A stretch of 64,000 bases of DNA from Trypanosoma brucei (Eukaryota), in contig CH464491.1 in the NCBI GenBank assembly GCA_000002445.1, forward strand, positions 1,472,001-1,536,000, read 5' to 3'. The first letter of the stretch is position 1. Each line of letters opens with the position of its first letter. The notes under the pieces are model-generated. The model was not told where the DNA came from. It did no database searches and saw only the letters and a program-made list of their open reading frames with translations. The position numbers were made by a program, and so were the translations under genes. Shown piece by piece: positions 22,017 to 33,777 of the stretch.

Positions 22017-24329
22017 ATGAGTTGGCTTCAGGCTCTCGGAAATCTTCAAAGACGAGTTATAGTTTTGGACCGGGGGCGCACCCCGCTTCCCACAGCTGCT
22101 GTTTACAATCGTGTCATGACTCCCAGCAACAGCAGGAGATTAAACTTGGCGGAGCATCCATCAGCTTCTGCCACCGACGAATTCGTTGAACCCTCGACAG
22201 CAGCGCTCCGTTGCACCAGTGATACATGGCAAGGGGCACTTGATGTTGTACATTTTTCTCAGTCAAATCTCCAAGAAGATGTGAATTCAACCATGCAGCG
22301 CTTCCCGCCCTTATTGGCAGCTCAATGTATTGCCATACTTCTAGAGGCAGGGAAGAGTGACCAAGCACTGGAACTTCTTAGAACGTGGGAGATGAACCAA
22401 GGAGAATGCACGGTACGTTTAGCGGTGTTTAAACCACATGTAAAGCTCAGTGTCACACGGCGTTTACGTAAAGCTATCAAGACGTTAGGCATCATTGGAG
22501 ATGTGGAAACTCTACGGGCATTAATTGCGGTTCTTCATCAATCTTTACTGGAGTGGCGAGACAACAGACGATATTTCGCTTTATCCCAATCCTCGTCGTC
22601 AAGTATGTCACCTTCGCGGTTTGCAGGAAGCGGCCTAACACAGCGAGAGGGAAGAAGCAGTGGTTTTCTTTCACATTTAGGACGCCAGCGCATGAGGGTG
22701 CTACTCGTGGATGCCACTCATGAACTTGTCAGGCAAGATGAGAGTCTCGTCTCCGTGAGTGAAAAACTTACGTGGATCAATGAGACAACGTTGGTGGTGC
22801 AAGTGCCATGCACTCAGGTACCGTGTGTCATTCCCTATAAATTGCAGGATGACTTTAGGAAGCACATCGAGTGTAGTTCTTCATATAATGAGAATGCTTT
22901 GCGGTTAGTAGGACCAACGTTTGCGGAAGGTTTTGTGAGCCCTGCACAATCTAATCTGATAAGTCTGCTATGTACCCCACGAAGCGAAGTGCGGTGGGTA
23001 CGTGACAACTGCTCTGTTGGAAAATTTGGTGAGTTGTGGGGAGCGGTGAAGGACCTTGTGTTGCCTCATTCTGAACTCATAAACAACTATGTTTTGGTTG
23101 AGTCCCTAATGAATGCCATGCTTAGTCCCGTTGGAGCCAAAAAATCTTGGCGCCGTTGTCACAGGAGGCTTCGGAAGCTTCTTCCAACGGAGCGGAAGTT
23201 GCGCAGCTTCATATGGAGTCAGTTGAATTCAACACGATCTTCTCAGCGGCGTTTGTGGAGTCATACCTTGCTGCGCCACCCCAGGTTGATGTGCAAGTTA
23301 GATATGTCGCCGCTGGTGATATTTAGCGTCTTTGCTCTGACTTTCCGCAGTAGGTCCACTCATCTCCCGTTCCTTCGCTGTTGTCTCCTGTCGATGCAGC
23401 GCATGCGTCGTATAGGTCGTGAAGAAGAAGCTGCGCGACTTGTGTGGAACCACGTTTCCCATTGTAGTAGCGCACTGCTCCGTCAATGCATCCGTCGTCC
23501 AAACCTACTTGAGGAAGTTACAGTGGCTTTGTGTCGCACAATGCACCGCGGCATATCGGGTCGTAAAGATTCGTGGATGGGTCATCGATCGCTCGCGGTA
23601 CTTCGCTCCGGCGCGGCTCTACGTCAGTTCACACCTGCGCTTTGCATTCCTCTTTGCGCGGCAGCACTGGACTGCGGGGTGCATTTCGCCACCGTTCAAC
23701 AACATGTTGCGGAGATCTATCGGTGGGACGAGCGCACTGAACGGTGGGTTCTCAACATGGTGCGACTCATAGCTGACTGTCACAGTGCTCTCATGCGTGT
23801 TCCCCTTAATTGCTCACTGCACTCTTCATACATGCGGGGGTTGGTGCAGAGAGTTGCGTATGAGCTTCCAACGCTTAGTTCCACCTGCTCTATTGAAGTT
23901 CAAGTGCCCTCCCGCAATAAATTACTGGCTCTTTGGACTATAGTTAACGACGATGTTGCAAATGGCAGATTGCGGCAACTAACTTGTCAGCTGTTTCTAG
24001 ACCCGGTGGCACGAAGCGCCTTCAAAGAGATGCGATTGGCGGATGAGGTGGATAACTGTAATTCTGGCACTGATGGAGGTGGTGGAAGCAAATGTAGGGT
24101 GCCTCGGAGCACCTTAAAAGGTTTACTAAATGAAGAAGTTTTTGTTTCTGTTGCCGTTAACTGTACCACAGAGCATGCTTTTGCAATTTTCATGAATGCA
24201 TTCCTTTCGACACGTCAAGCTCGCGACAAATTGAGATACATGCACTTGGTGCTGAGTGAGATGCCCTTCGAGTCGACCGATATTTGTCCGCGTTGCACCA
24301 CTGAAACCGGGAATTGTGAAGTTTCATGA
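22017..24329 (+). CDS. Hypothetical protein (770 aa, Leu/Cys/Arg-rich); no recognisable domain
   Basis: Long uninterrupted ORF in the sense orientation of the cluster, preceded by a poly-pyrimidine tract (21880-21995). Confidence 0.6.
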   Translation: MSWLQALGNLQRRVIVLDRGRTPLPTAAVYNRVMTPSNSRRLNLAEHPSASATDEFVEPSTAALRCTSDTWQGALDVVHFSQSNLQEDVNSTMQRFPPLLAAQCIAILLEAGKSDQALELLRTWEMNQGECTVRLAVFKPHVKLSVTRRLRKAIKTLGIIGDVETLRALIAVLHQSLLEWRDNRRYFALSQSSSSSMSPSRFAGSGLTQREGRSSGFLSHLGRQRMRVLLVDATHELVRQDESLVSVSEKLTWINETTLVVQVPCTQVPCVIPYKLQDDFRKHIECSSSYNENALRLVGPTFAEGFVSPAQSNLISLLCTPRSEVRWVRDNCSVGKFGELWGAVKDLVLPHSELINNYVLVESLMNAMLSPVGAKKSWRRCHRRLRKLLPTERKLRSFIWSQLNSTRSSQRRLWSHTLLRHPRLMCKLDMSPLVIFSVFALTFRSRSTHLPFLRCCLLSMQRMRRIGREEEAARLVWNHVSHCSSALLRQCIRRPNLLEEVTVALCRTMHRGISGRKDSWMGHRSLAVLRSGAALRQFTPALCIPLCAAALDCGVHFATVQQHVAEIYRWDERTERWVLNMVRLIADCHSALMRVPLNCSLHSSYMRGLVQRVAYELPTLSSTCSIEVQVPSRNKLLALWTIVNDDVANGRLRQLTCQLFLDPVARSAFKEMRLADEVDNCNSGTDGGGGSKCRVPRSTLKGLLNEEVFVSVAVNCTTEHAFAIFMNAFLSTRQARDKLRYMHLVLSEMPFESTDICPRCTTETGNCEVS

Positions 24330-24758
24330 AGTAGTGAAGCCTACTGTAGCAACTGTTGCAAACAATAGCGATGGGTAGACGTTTCTGAAACTTTGTCTGA
24401 TGTTTTGCGAAACATTATATTATTATTTTTTTTTTTTAAATGGTGCCTGCGCCGCTGCACATCATCAACTGTAACGTTCGTTGTCTGTTTTTGAGTGAAA
24501 AGTATTCCTACGTTTACTTGTTTATTTTTTTAAAAATTTTCTCCGTTCCCTTTTCCTTATTACAGGAGGTTGCTCTGCCACGAGTGCGCAGCAGTGGCAC
24601 TCCGTCCACTTTGTCGTTGTGTTTAGTTTGGCGAAGTGATGAGATACTCTAACGAGTAATTCTTTTGGTATGCGGGAATTTAAAAAAAAATTACCCGCTT
24701 GTTTGTGCGATATCGATTCCTCCACTCGTGTTTCCCAACTAACTTGGTCACACGAACG

Positions 24759-24784
24759 ATATATATATATATATATATATATAT
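24759..24784. repeat. (AT)13 microsatellite
   Basis: atatatatatatatatatatatatat read directly. Confidence 0.95.
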
Positions 24785-25163
24785 GTCGTATTTGATTTAA
24801 TCCTCAACATTCTTCTTCCACTTGTATTTGTCATCACAAGGGAGGGAGAAGTGCAGTATCTTTTCCCTCTGCAGGGATACCTTCCCATAAACATACGGAT
24901 ATATAAATATATTTGTTTCACATATACATAAGGACGTAGTAGAGGTAGAAGAAGGTTCACAAGCACACCCACTTAACCAGAAAACCCGCCTACAGTTTTC
25001 CATCCCTGTGAGCAACGGTTTAGACATTTTTATTATAAGAAACTGGAGGAAAATATAAAACGGGAAGAGGGGTGAACAAAAGGAGGTGGTGAAGGGAGAA
25101 TAGATATAGTTTGCAAAAGTAGAGAGTGAAAGTGCCCGTTTAACAGTTGAAGGTAAGAGAATC

Positions 25164-27185
25164 ATGAGGGTGATGAGACACCTCTCAAAAGAGGTTGAGA
25201 CAGAGTTCAATTATGAGATTAGTAAAGTGAAGCTTGGTTCTGGTAGTAGTGGTGTGGTGTTTCTCGCACGGCACCGCGTAACTCATGAACTCGCCGCCGT
25301 GAAACGTCTTTACATGCGTGGAGCCCCCGAGTGTATGAAGATCTCGCAGCAACATAACAGCCAGTCTGATAACACCAATGACGCACATATTGGAGGAAAC
25401 ACTTTGGCACCAGCATCACCCGCCAAGAGTAGTTCGCACAGGATGCAGACAAGCGATAAGAACAGTAACCCTGTTAGCGGCAACCGTTCAAATGAGCTTT
25501 GTGAAGAAAAAATTTTTTCTCACTACACAAGTATGAAGCGTGAACGAGCACTTTCCGAAGACACTTCACCTCCTGCAGCCATTTGTCCTCCGTGGTTACC
25601 GTGTGAATACGCTAGCATGAAGTATCTTGGCCCCCATCCGCATATCGTTCGGTTCCTGGGAAATTGTGCGGATGTAAACGGGGTTTCGTACTTTGCCATG
25701 GAACTCATGGATAGTGATCTCGGGAAGGAACTGCGTGCTGGAAACGCAAGTTTTATGGAGGAGGAGGCCATCAGACCACTGCTTTATTGCGTAAGTTCTG
25801 CCATTGTTCATCTCCACGAGCGAGGCGTTGCACATCGGGATATTAAACCAAGTAATGTTCTTCTTAAGTTTGTTGGGGATATGTGTCCCACAGAGGAGGA
25901 GCACGGGATGCCTAACGGAGGCGACAAGGCCTTTCCATCGTCGGACGAGACAAAAGATGTTGGTTCTCTCCGAACAAAACATGTAAAAGCGTCGTTGGGT
26001 GACTTTAGTACAGCTCATTTTGCAAGCCAAAGCGAGAGTGTCGGTGGATTCTGCGGCACACTTTACTACAAGTCCCCGGAGCAGCTGCTTGGTCAGGCTA
26101 AAGACTTTCTCGCATGCGACATGTGGGCCCTCGGTTGCACAATGTTTGAAATGATAACAGGATCGGTTGCTTTCCGAGGATCAAATGATTTGCAGGTTTT
26201 TCACCAGATTTGCTCACAACTCGGTACGGACTTTCAGCAGTACCCGAAGAATACACATGAACAAACCATGTTTGACGGAATTTCTGGTGTGTCTACGGAG
26301 TTCATTGACTTGCTTAAGGGACTTCTTGCACTAGATCCGTGTGAACGCTTGAGAGCGGAGGAAGTTCTGAGGCATCCTTTTTTTCGTTCCATTCATCAGG
26401 GATGTGGAACCCAAGAAACCGCAGCGGAGTTGACTTTTCCTATGAAAATTTATTGTGCAGTGCCTCCAGGGGTGGTTCGGTTGGCGAGATTCAAACCTAT
26501 TATTTGTGCACACACCACACGTTCTGGAACGACGAAAGTTAGTGGTTCTACGGAAACTAAATTTGGTATGAGTCAGTCGGATAGTCAAGCTTCGAGAACT
26601 CTGCATGGAAGCGATGTGTGGCCGTCGCTTATCAGCGGCATGCCGAGCCCTCTCCAACGATCCGCTTTGCAACCTTCCAGCGATGGCAATGAAGGTCCTC
26701 TCCGTCGTTTTACGTCAACCCTCAGCTGTGGGAAAAAATATTCAGTCACCCGGCGTCTCTCCGTTTCTTCGTCCGTTACTATGATGAGCAATGGGGCTGT
26801 ACAAAAACCGGATGACTTTACAGGTATTTCCGACATCAGTGCATCACTTGCGGCGTTGAATTTTAGTCCAATTCCTTCAGTCGCAAAGTGTTGTGGCGCT
26901 ACTTCTGCGGAGCGAAGCTTCTCCCCTCTCGGCACACATGTGTCAGCGCCAGGTTCATGTCATCCGGCGCCAATTCCACTAAAATCATCGCATAGTTTTG
27001 CTACAAAGAGCCGTCACCCAGAGCATCAACACGACTCAACGTTTGCTAGTAATGGCTATCCGCCGCCACGGCGTGTGTTATTTGACAGTGATACCACTGA
27101 TGGTAATGATGTAGATGAAAGCGTGAACTTAATGCTTCACAACAGTGGAGACTCCCCAAAAGTTCGCAAGGTGCTGTTTGAGTGA
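25164..27185 (+). CDS. Serine/threonine protein kinase with large inserts, a DFS variant of the DFG motif, and a Ser-rich C-terminal tail
   Basis: Gly loop GSGSSGVVF. AAVKRL (VAIK). Catalytic loop HRDIKPSNVLL. DFSTA in place of DFG. SPE in place of APE. Subdomain IX DMWALGCTMFEM. An insert of about 130 aa lies between subdomains II and III. Confidence 0.85.
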   Translation: MRVMRHLSKEVETEFNYEISKVKLGSGSSGVVFLARHRVTHELAAVKRLYMRGAPECMKISQQHNSQSDNTNDAHIGGNTLAPASPAKSSSHRMQTSDKNSNPVSGNRSNELCEEKIFSHYTSMKRERALSEDTSPPAAICPPWLPCEYASMKYLGPHPHIVRFLGNCADVNGVSYFAMELMDSDLGKELRAGNASFMEEEAIRPLLYCVSSAIVHLHERGVAHRDIKPSNVLLKFVGDMCPTEEEHGMPNGGDKAFPSSDETKDVGSLRTKHVKASLGDFSTAHFASQSESVGGFCGTLYYKSPEQLLGQAKDFLACDMWALGCTMFEMITGSVAFRGSNDLQVFHQICSQLGTDFQQYPKNTHEQTMFDGISGVSTEFIDLLKGLLALDPCERLRAEEVLRHPFFRSIHQGCGTQETAAELTFPMKIYCAVPPGVVRLARFKPIICAHTTRSGTTKVSGSTETKFGMSQSDSQASRTLHGSDVWPSLISGMPSPLQRSALQPSSDGNEGPLRRFTSTLSCGKKYSVTRRLSVSSSVTMMSNGAVQKPDDFTGISDISASLAALNFSPIPSVAKCCGATSAERSFSPLGTHVSAPGSCHPAPIPLKSSHSFATKSRHPEHQHDSTFASNGYPPPRRVLFDSDTTDGNDVDESVNLMLHNSGDSPKVRKVLFE

Positions 27186-27759
27186 CCGGTGTCCTCGTCA
27201 TCGTACCCCCCTTATCTGTGTATTTTCGCATGGCCATTACTTGGCATAATTTTGGTGCGATGTTTTCGGTGAAGCCGGCGGTGACGGTAAGTGGAATTTC
27301 CATGGAAATTAGGAAGGCACTGAATACGTATGCTCTCTTTTCTTTTCTTTACTTCAGTGGTTTAGCGGCACTTTGATAGATTCTTTCTTTAATTTTCCTT
27401 TTTACATTTCTTTTTTTTTACATAAAAAAAATGAATCATCAGATTGATACCGCCTCACTACGTGGTCATTCGTAACGTCCAGTAGAAAATTTTTCTTTTA
27501 TTCTTTTTTTGTGCACACAAGAGGAGCGGCCTTTACTTTTGTAGCGCGCATACAAGCCCGAGCTTGTACTGCATCTGCGTCTAACTTTAAAGTGAACTTG
27601 CGGTGTCACAAACCCACTATTAATAGGATCATATTTTCTATAATATCAACACAAACGGTAACACACGTGCAGAGAAATGGTTGCTGGAGGTGTGAAATTC
27701 ACGAAAGGATAATATGTTCCTCTAAGTGATGCCGATACCACTTAGAACCCATACCACCC

Positions 27760-27850
27760 TTTTAATAGATAGAAATTCCTTTCTTTTTTTTTTACTTTTT
27801 TACTTTTTTTCAGATTTTGCTTTTCTTCTTTCTTCCATGTTCATCAAAAT
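27760..27850 (+). promoter_or_regulatory. Poly-T/pyrimidine tract in the kinase/MFS-transporter intergenic region
   Basis: ttcctttcttttttttttacttttttacttttttttcagattttgcttttcttctttcttcc. Confidence 0.4.
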
Positions 27851-28256
27851 AAATAAATAAACAAGATAATATATTCCCATCAAGAGTTTTGCTGCTGCTG
27901 TTTCTCATTCCTGTTGTCACGTGCGCCAACTCTCATATTCTCTTTATATGTCTCTTTTAAATCTTATATATATATATACGTGCATATGTATTGTTACATA
28001 TTTCGAAGTCTATTACGCGGGAGAAAGGATAAAAAATTGGGAAAGAAAAAGGGCTACTGGTAAGCACGGGGCGGGAGATAGATTTGTCCTGATACATTGT
28101 CTACATTCGTATCAAGTAATATTTGTTGGCGGGAAACCTCAAATAAAGTAAAAAGCAAATAAAAAGCGATATAGTAGGAAGAGTGATACGAGTTCGATAA
28201 CACAAACAGGGTGAGCGAGGGGAAAACGTAGGGGATCAGGTCAAGTCAGTGGAAGC

Positions 28257-29708
28257 ATGAAGTGGCGCGTGAAGATATTTGCTGCACTCGGTGGGTTTCT
28301 TTTTGGATACGACACCAGTGTAATAAATGGCGCTCTCTTTCAAATGAAGGAACATTTCGATTTTCCAGCACATTCATGGATATCCGGCCTCATTGTCAGC
28401 ATTGCCATAGCGGGGGCGTTCGTTGGCGCATTTGCATCCGGCTTCATTTCAGTACGGTGGGGTCGACGGTCGTGCATCGCCTTGGCTGATATATTCTTCA
28501 CTTTGGGCTCTATCATGATGGCTTTTGCTCCTAATGTGGAGGTGATATTTGTCGGACGCGCCATTGTGGGTTTAGGCATTGGTATATGCTCTGCAACAAT
28601 TCCAGTGTACTTGGCAGAAATTACGTCAGCCGGTAACCGTGGGTCTAGCATTGTGTTTAACAATGTATGTCTCACTGGGGCGCAATTCATTGCTTCAGTT
28701 GTAACCGCGCTGCTTGTGCAGTTCACCGGGACAAATTTTGGCTGGCGTGTAGCTCTTGGTTTGGGCGCCGTTCCGTCGGTAATACAGTTTGTCGGTTTGA
28801 TATTCTTTCTCCCAGAAAGTCCGCGGTGGTACCTTGCTACTGGCAGAGTTGAGAAGGCACTGAAAACATCTGAGATGTATGATATTGATATTGTCGATTG
28901 TGCGGAAGGAGGGGGACTCGTTATTGATTATCGTGCCCTCTTTTCAACGGTGATGCGGCGACGACTACTAATTGGTTGCATGCTCCACATATTGCAGCAA
29001 ACCTCAGGCATTAATACAATTATGTATTATAGTTCTGTGATACTGTATGACGCAGGTTTTAAAGATCCTAAAACACCAGTATTGTTGTCGATTCCGCTCG
29101 CTGCAATCAACACACTCTTCTCACTCTTCGGTGTCTTTACTGTTGATCGCTGGGGTCGTCGTCTGCTACTTCAGATTAGCGCATGCGGTTGTTTCGTCGT
29201 TACGGTTGGTATGACAGTTGTTGGTTTTATGCTTGACAAACAAATTCCATACGAAATCGGTGGTTGGATATTTCTTTCTCTACTTGGTTTCTACCTTGTG
29301 TTCTTTGCACCTGGTCTCGGTGCTATGCCATGGGTTGTCATGGGGGAAATATTTCCCAACACGCTTCGTACATCTGCGGCTTCTGTTGCAACAATGTGCA
29401 ATTGGGGTTCGAATGCTCTTGTTTCACAGGTGTTCCCAATTGTTTTGGGAAGCATAGGAGTTGGTGGAACCTTTAGTTTGCTATGTGCATGTATCATTGC
29501 CGCGGTATTATTCATACAATTCTTTGTGGTGGAAACAAAGGGGCTCACACTGGAGGAAATTGAGGAAATGTTCGACCCGAGAGCGCGCCACAGGGGGAGC
29601 GACGGTTCCCAATGCAGTGAAAGTTGTAGCAAAACGGAAAGAGAAAATGAAGGAGAGGGAACGGATCATGGATTGAACCAAGCGGAAACCGCCCGTGCGC
29701 CCATTTAG
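28257..29708 (+). CDS. MFS sugar-porter family transporter (myo-inositol/hexose:H+ symporter-like)
   Basis: GFLFGYDTSVINGAL, RWGRR, PESPRWY, LQQTSGINTIMYYS and DRWGRR sugar-porter signatures. Twelve predicted TM segments. Confidence 0.85.
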   Translation: MKWRVKIFAALGGFLFGYDTSVINGALFQMKEHFDFPAHSWISGLIVSIAIAGAFVGAFASGFISVRWGRRSCIALADIFFTLGSIMMAFAPNVEVIFVGRAIVGLGIGICSATIPVYLAEITSAGNRGSSIVFNNVCLTGAQFIASVVTALLVQFTGTNFGWRVALGLGAVPSVIQFVGLIFFLPESPRWYLATGRVEKALKTSEMYDIDIVDCAEGGGLVIDYRALFSTVMRRRLLIGCMLHILQQTSGINTIMYYSSVILYDAGFKDPKTPVLLSIPLAAINTLFSLFGVFTVDRWGRRLLLQISACGCFVVTVGMTVVGFMLDKQIPYEIGGWIFLSLLGFYLVFFAPGLGAMPWVVMGEIFPNTLRTSAASVATMCNWGSNALVSQVFPIVLGSIGVGGTFSLLCACIIAAVLFIQFFVVETKGLTLEEIEEMFDPRARHRGSDGSQCSESCSKTERENEGEGTDHGLNQAETARAPI

Positions 29709-30306
29709 ATGGTTTTCGTTATTTTTATTTTTGGTTATGATGTTTTTCTTTTCTTTTTTTAAAGATGAAGGAATGGAAAAAAAAAATAATTATAAACAAG
29801 CTTTCGGTAAACTGGTGGACACGCGCACACACGCACGGTTTTGCAAATGTAGTGCAAATGTATCCGACCGTTAACGGAACTGGTTGGTTTAATATCACCA
29901 CTGCCTTTTGTCGGGCATCATCTCGCACTTGTGGTCGCTTCGTGGAATACTCGAAAGATGCGAATAAAAGTTGGTTTGTGCCCGGTTGTTCCCGAAGCTA
30001 CATTCAACATTGTTCTATCGTTATGGTTAGTGGTTTTGTTTTGTTTTTTTCTTTTTTTTTTCTTTGTTCATACTTTTCCATGTAAGTGCTGTTGTTATTT
30101 GAGGCGCCGCTTGGCGGATGTCTGTAATTTGTTGTTGAGTGCTGAAATTACATTGGATGAGACAGAGCCGTGTAGTGCCGCAATAATTCGTGAAGGTTAA
30201 GTTGAGTTGAGTTGGGTGAAATGAATTAAAAGACAATAAATGTCGTGACCGAAGTGGAACGGGGGAGTGTAACTGAGGCGTTTTAATTGAGTTTTTTTTG
30301 TTTATT

Positions 30307-30326
30307 TGTGTGTGTGTGTGTGTGTT
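30307..30326. repeat. (TG)9 microsatellite
   Basis: gtgtgtgtgtgtgtgtgtgt read directly. Confidence 0.9.
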
Positions 30327-30813
30327 TTTGAGGGAAGAACTTATTGAGGGGATGGGGGAGGAAGTGGATTATCATCGGTTGGGGTTTACTGGTAAAAAGC
30401 ATGTCGCTTAGAAGGAGTATGGTTTTCCTCATCTTTTTTGTTTCTTTTTGTCAGTGTTTTTTCCCCCCTTCATTTTCATTTTTTTTCTTTTTTCATTCAG
30501 CCATTTTGGCATTGTTGTTGTCATAAGAACGCATTACCCCTCTGTAAGTTCGCTTACTTCCTAATGTTATACCCACCACTAGACAGTTGTATGCTCCAAC
30601 ACAACATGAAAGAAAAAGAGAAAAAAAAAAGAAACAACGCACAAATACACGCGCAAACACAAACACATACTTCTACATATACAACTGCATCTTTGCGCGT
30701 GGAATTAAAATTTCAGGTTTTCTCAACACGCGCAACGCCGTACTTTCCACACGAGTGGTTAATGTAATTACATTGCATTAACTGCTTTGATGTTGCTTCT
30801 GCCCGTTTATCTT

Positions 30814-30840
30814 TATATATATATATATATATATATATAT
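30814..30840. repeat. (TA)13 microsatellite
   Basis: tatatatatatatatatatatatatat read directly. Confidence 0.95.
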
Positions 30841-31610
30841 CTTTTCATTTATTTGTTTTGCCATGTTTCTTCTTTTTTTTTTCTTATTTTACCACACATC
30901 ACTATTTTGATATTGAATTGGGCCCTGCTTTTCTTCTTCTTCTTTAATGGACATGACGGAGTTAAAGCAACTGAGGGTCAAAAATATTTATGGGAAAGAA
31001 GGACAATAGAGAGAAAGAAAAAAGAAAGGGATAAAGAGGAAGAGAAAAGGAACGTGGTTTTCGTATGTTGAAGGAATTATGTGGGACGAAAAACGGTTCA
31101 GATGATGTTGAGTGTGAGTGTGTGTGCAACTAATAAAGCAAGAAAGTGGTAAGGGTTGCTGAAGCATTTATGTTTTATATTACTTATTTATTTATTTCTT
31201 CTTTTTTTTCTTCTTTATTTGAATAGCATGCGGTTCGTTTTTTTTTCTTTTTTGTGTGTATGTGTGACTTTAGGAGGTACGTCTCACCAGTCGCTTTCCC
31301 ATCCGTCACTCGTTCCATATGAGTTCACTCACAAGGTTTTTTTTTGCGTTTGTGACATATCGTTTCAGCTTTTTCTTTTCTTTTCTTTTCTTTTTTCGTT
31401 TCTGCGGGTTAACACTTTCGTTGATAGTGTCCTTTCATCAAAGCCAGTTGTTGCCCAAGGGCGTCAGGAACATAATAAGCAAAAAAAATAAAAATAAAAT
31501 AAAATTGGAAAACGACGAACGAAAAAAATGAACGCTGACACTTGAAGCAAACCCCATAACTGTCAAAAGTACAAAAGCAGTAATCGGGCACTGCTATATA
31601 TTTCTTCTTT

Positions 31611-31641
31611 TATTTTACATTTTTCTTTTTTTTTTTTGTAG
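31611..31641 (+). promoter_or_regulatory. Poly-T tract plus AG upstream of the aldo-keto reductase gene; candidate SL acceptor
   Basis: ttttacatttttcttttttttttttgtag. Confidence 0.45.
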
Positions 31642-31850
31642 GACATATTCGAAAACTAAATACACATATCACTACTCCCCGCTGCTCCCGCTTCTCCATA
31701 CACTTGCGCTTGCCGAAGGCGGCAATAGGGAAAAGGATAATCACTGATTGGGGTAAGGGATAAATATCATTAACAATATCGGAGTCTCTGGGAAATAACA
31801 ATACCGCTTTGACATATCCCTTTGCGTTCAGTAAAACCTTCCAGGAACTA

Positions 31851-32789
31851 ATGGACCGTATTCCATATTTGGTTTCATCTGGTGGGATGCAAATTCCTCA
31901 TATGGGTATTGGCACCTATGAGTTACGTGGTAAGGAGTGCGAAGAGGCAGTTTTATCAGCATTAAAACTTGGGTTCCGTCTAATCGACACAGCTGCTGGA
32001 TATAGAAACGAGGAATATGTTGGAGCCGCTATTCGAGCAAGTGGCGTGCCCCGCTTTGAGCTTTTCATTGTCGTGAAAATTGCTCCAAAGGTAACAAGAA
32101 CGGAGGAAGCCGTCGAGACATGCATCCGTGAGAGTGTGCGGAAACTTTGCATTGATTACGCCGATTGTGTATTAATTCACTGGCCCGGTTGCGGTGGGCG
32201 CATGCCACATGAAACAGAGGAACACAAAGCCGCACGCCGCCGCTGCTGGAAAGTAATGACAGCCCTTCAGCAGGAAGGGATCGTTCGCCATTTGGGCGTG
32301 TCAAATTTTGCTGGAAGACATTTTGCTGCACTTTCTGAAGATGGGTCGGAGGCAACACTGTTTGCGGAAGGGAAAGTCAACAAACCAGTGGTGAATCAGA
32401 TAGAGTTGCATCCCTTGTGTGTGCAGAAAGATGTCTGTGACTACTGTAAGGAACACGGCATAATACTTCAACAATACTCTCCTTTAGGACAGTGCAACGC
32501 CAAACTTATCGAACATCCGGCTCTTTGCTCCGTGGTGAAGGACACATTCTCTGGGTTTTCTGTCCATGATGTACTGTTGTTGTGGGGACTGAGCCAAGGC
32601 TTTTGTGTAATCGTCCGAAGCAAATCAAAGAAACATATTGAGCGTAATTGGGAGGTCGCGAAAAGTTTCTTCTCGGAGGGAGCCCTCACTAAGGTACATT
32701 TAGAACGGTTACGGGACTTGAGGGAACTCATGAAAGTTGAGGGAACGGAAGACCACCATTTTTGTTGGCATAGCAACACGATAGATTAA
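31851..32789 (+). CDS. Aldo-keto reductase family oxidoreductase
   Basis: IPHMGIGTYELRG...LGFRLIDTAAGYRNEE...IVVKI...IHWP matches the AKR catalytic tetrad context (D, Y, K, H). The track start 31809 is TTG, so the first ATG at 31851 is used. Confidence 0.82.
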   Translation: MDRIPYLVSSGGMQIPHMGIGTYELRGKECEEAVLSALKLGFRLIDTAAGYRNEEYVGAAIRASGVPRFELFIVVKIAPKVTRTEEAVETCIRESVRKLCIDYADCVLIHWPGCGGRMPHETEEHKAARRRCWKVMTALQQEGIVRHLGVSNFAGRHFAALSEDGSEATLFAEGKVNKPVVNQIELHPLCVQKDVCDYCKEHGIILQQYSPLGQCNAKLIEHPALCSVVKDTFSGFSVHDVLLLWGLSQGFCVIVRSKSKKHIERNWEVAKSFFSEGALTKVHLERLRDLRELMKVEGTEDHHFCWHSNTID

Positions 32790-33740
32790 GGGCTGTCGAA
32801 GTAAAGGGGCGATATTCCCTCACCTGCAAGTCTTCAACTTCTGAATTATGCTGGATGCACTTCGGAAGGAAAGACCTAGGACCCTTGATAGTTGCTTGTA
32901 TTCTACCGCTCGTCTAACATTGCGGTGATCGCAAACGTGCTGAGAAATGCGCAAAGGAGGCTAAGAAGGAAAGTGCTCGCCGTGTAGACTTTTTTAGTAT
33001 CGTCCGTTCGTTGCATTTTAACGTTTTGAAGTGGTATTCATTTTGATGAACTTTCCTGCAGTTTCTTCACATTTGAAGGATGGAGAAAATTTATTCCGTG
33101 TGGTGAAGAACGTAAGCGCTGTGGGTTCTCTCTGGTGAGGGTTCTTGACTCAAGAAACTATAATACTGCGGAGGTTCTTTCGGTTGAAACCAAGTCTGTA
33201 AAGTAATGATGTTCCAGTGGAGCGGTTTGTGATATACACACATATGTATATTTAAGGTAACCATTGGCCGCTGCTTGTACTCCACAGGAGTCGATGACAT
33301 TGTTATTTCGAATGTCATGTCATCTACGCGATTAGGGCCAAATCAGAGCGTTGTTCAAAGTTCACGTGCGTGTGATACTTCCTCACTGTGTGTCGTGAAG
33401 TGCGGTTGCATTCAACGTGAGTACAACGTGGGAATTAGGTATAAACTTATTTACCACTTTAATTCACGCGAATCTGTTGTACCCCGAAACACCACTAGCG
33501 CCGTGTTTTATGATAATCATGTTTGCATTTGCGTATGTATGTGTGTGTACACACATACGTGCGGTTGTTCTGTTATGGACTCGTGATTGTTATTGTTGTG
33601 GTTTATTTTTAAGACAGTGTGGATCCTGCGCTGTGGTGCACTCTACTACCATCTTTTATGCAATGTTATCTGTCGCTCCACTACTTTTCATCAAGTGTTA
33701 TTGGTAGGATTATATCAGCACCTTCTAGTTTAACTCAGAG

Positions 33741-33777
33741 GTCGATACTTTCTTTTCTCTTTTTTTTTCAAACAGCG
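33741..33777 (+). promoter_or_regulatory. Poly-pyrimidine tract plus AG directly abutting the start codon of the small 94-aa CDS
   Basis: ctttcttttctctttttttttcaaacag|ATG. Confidence 0.45.
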
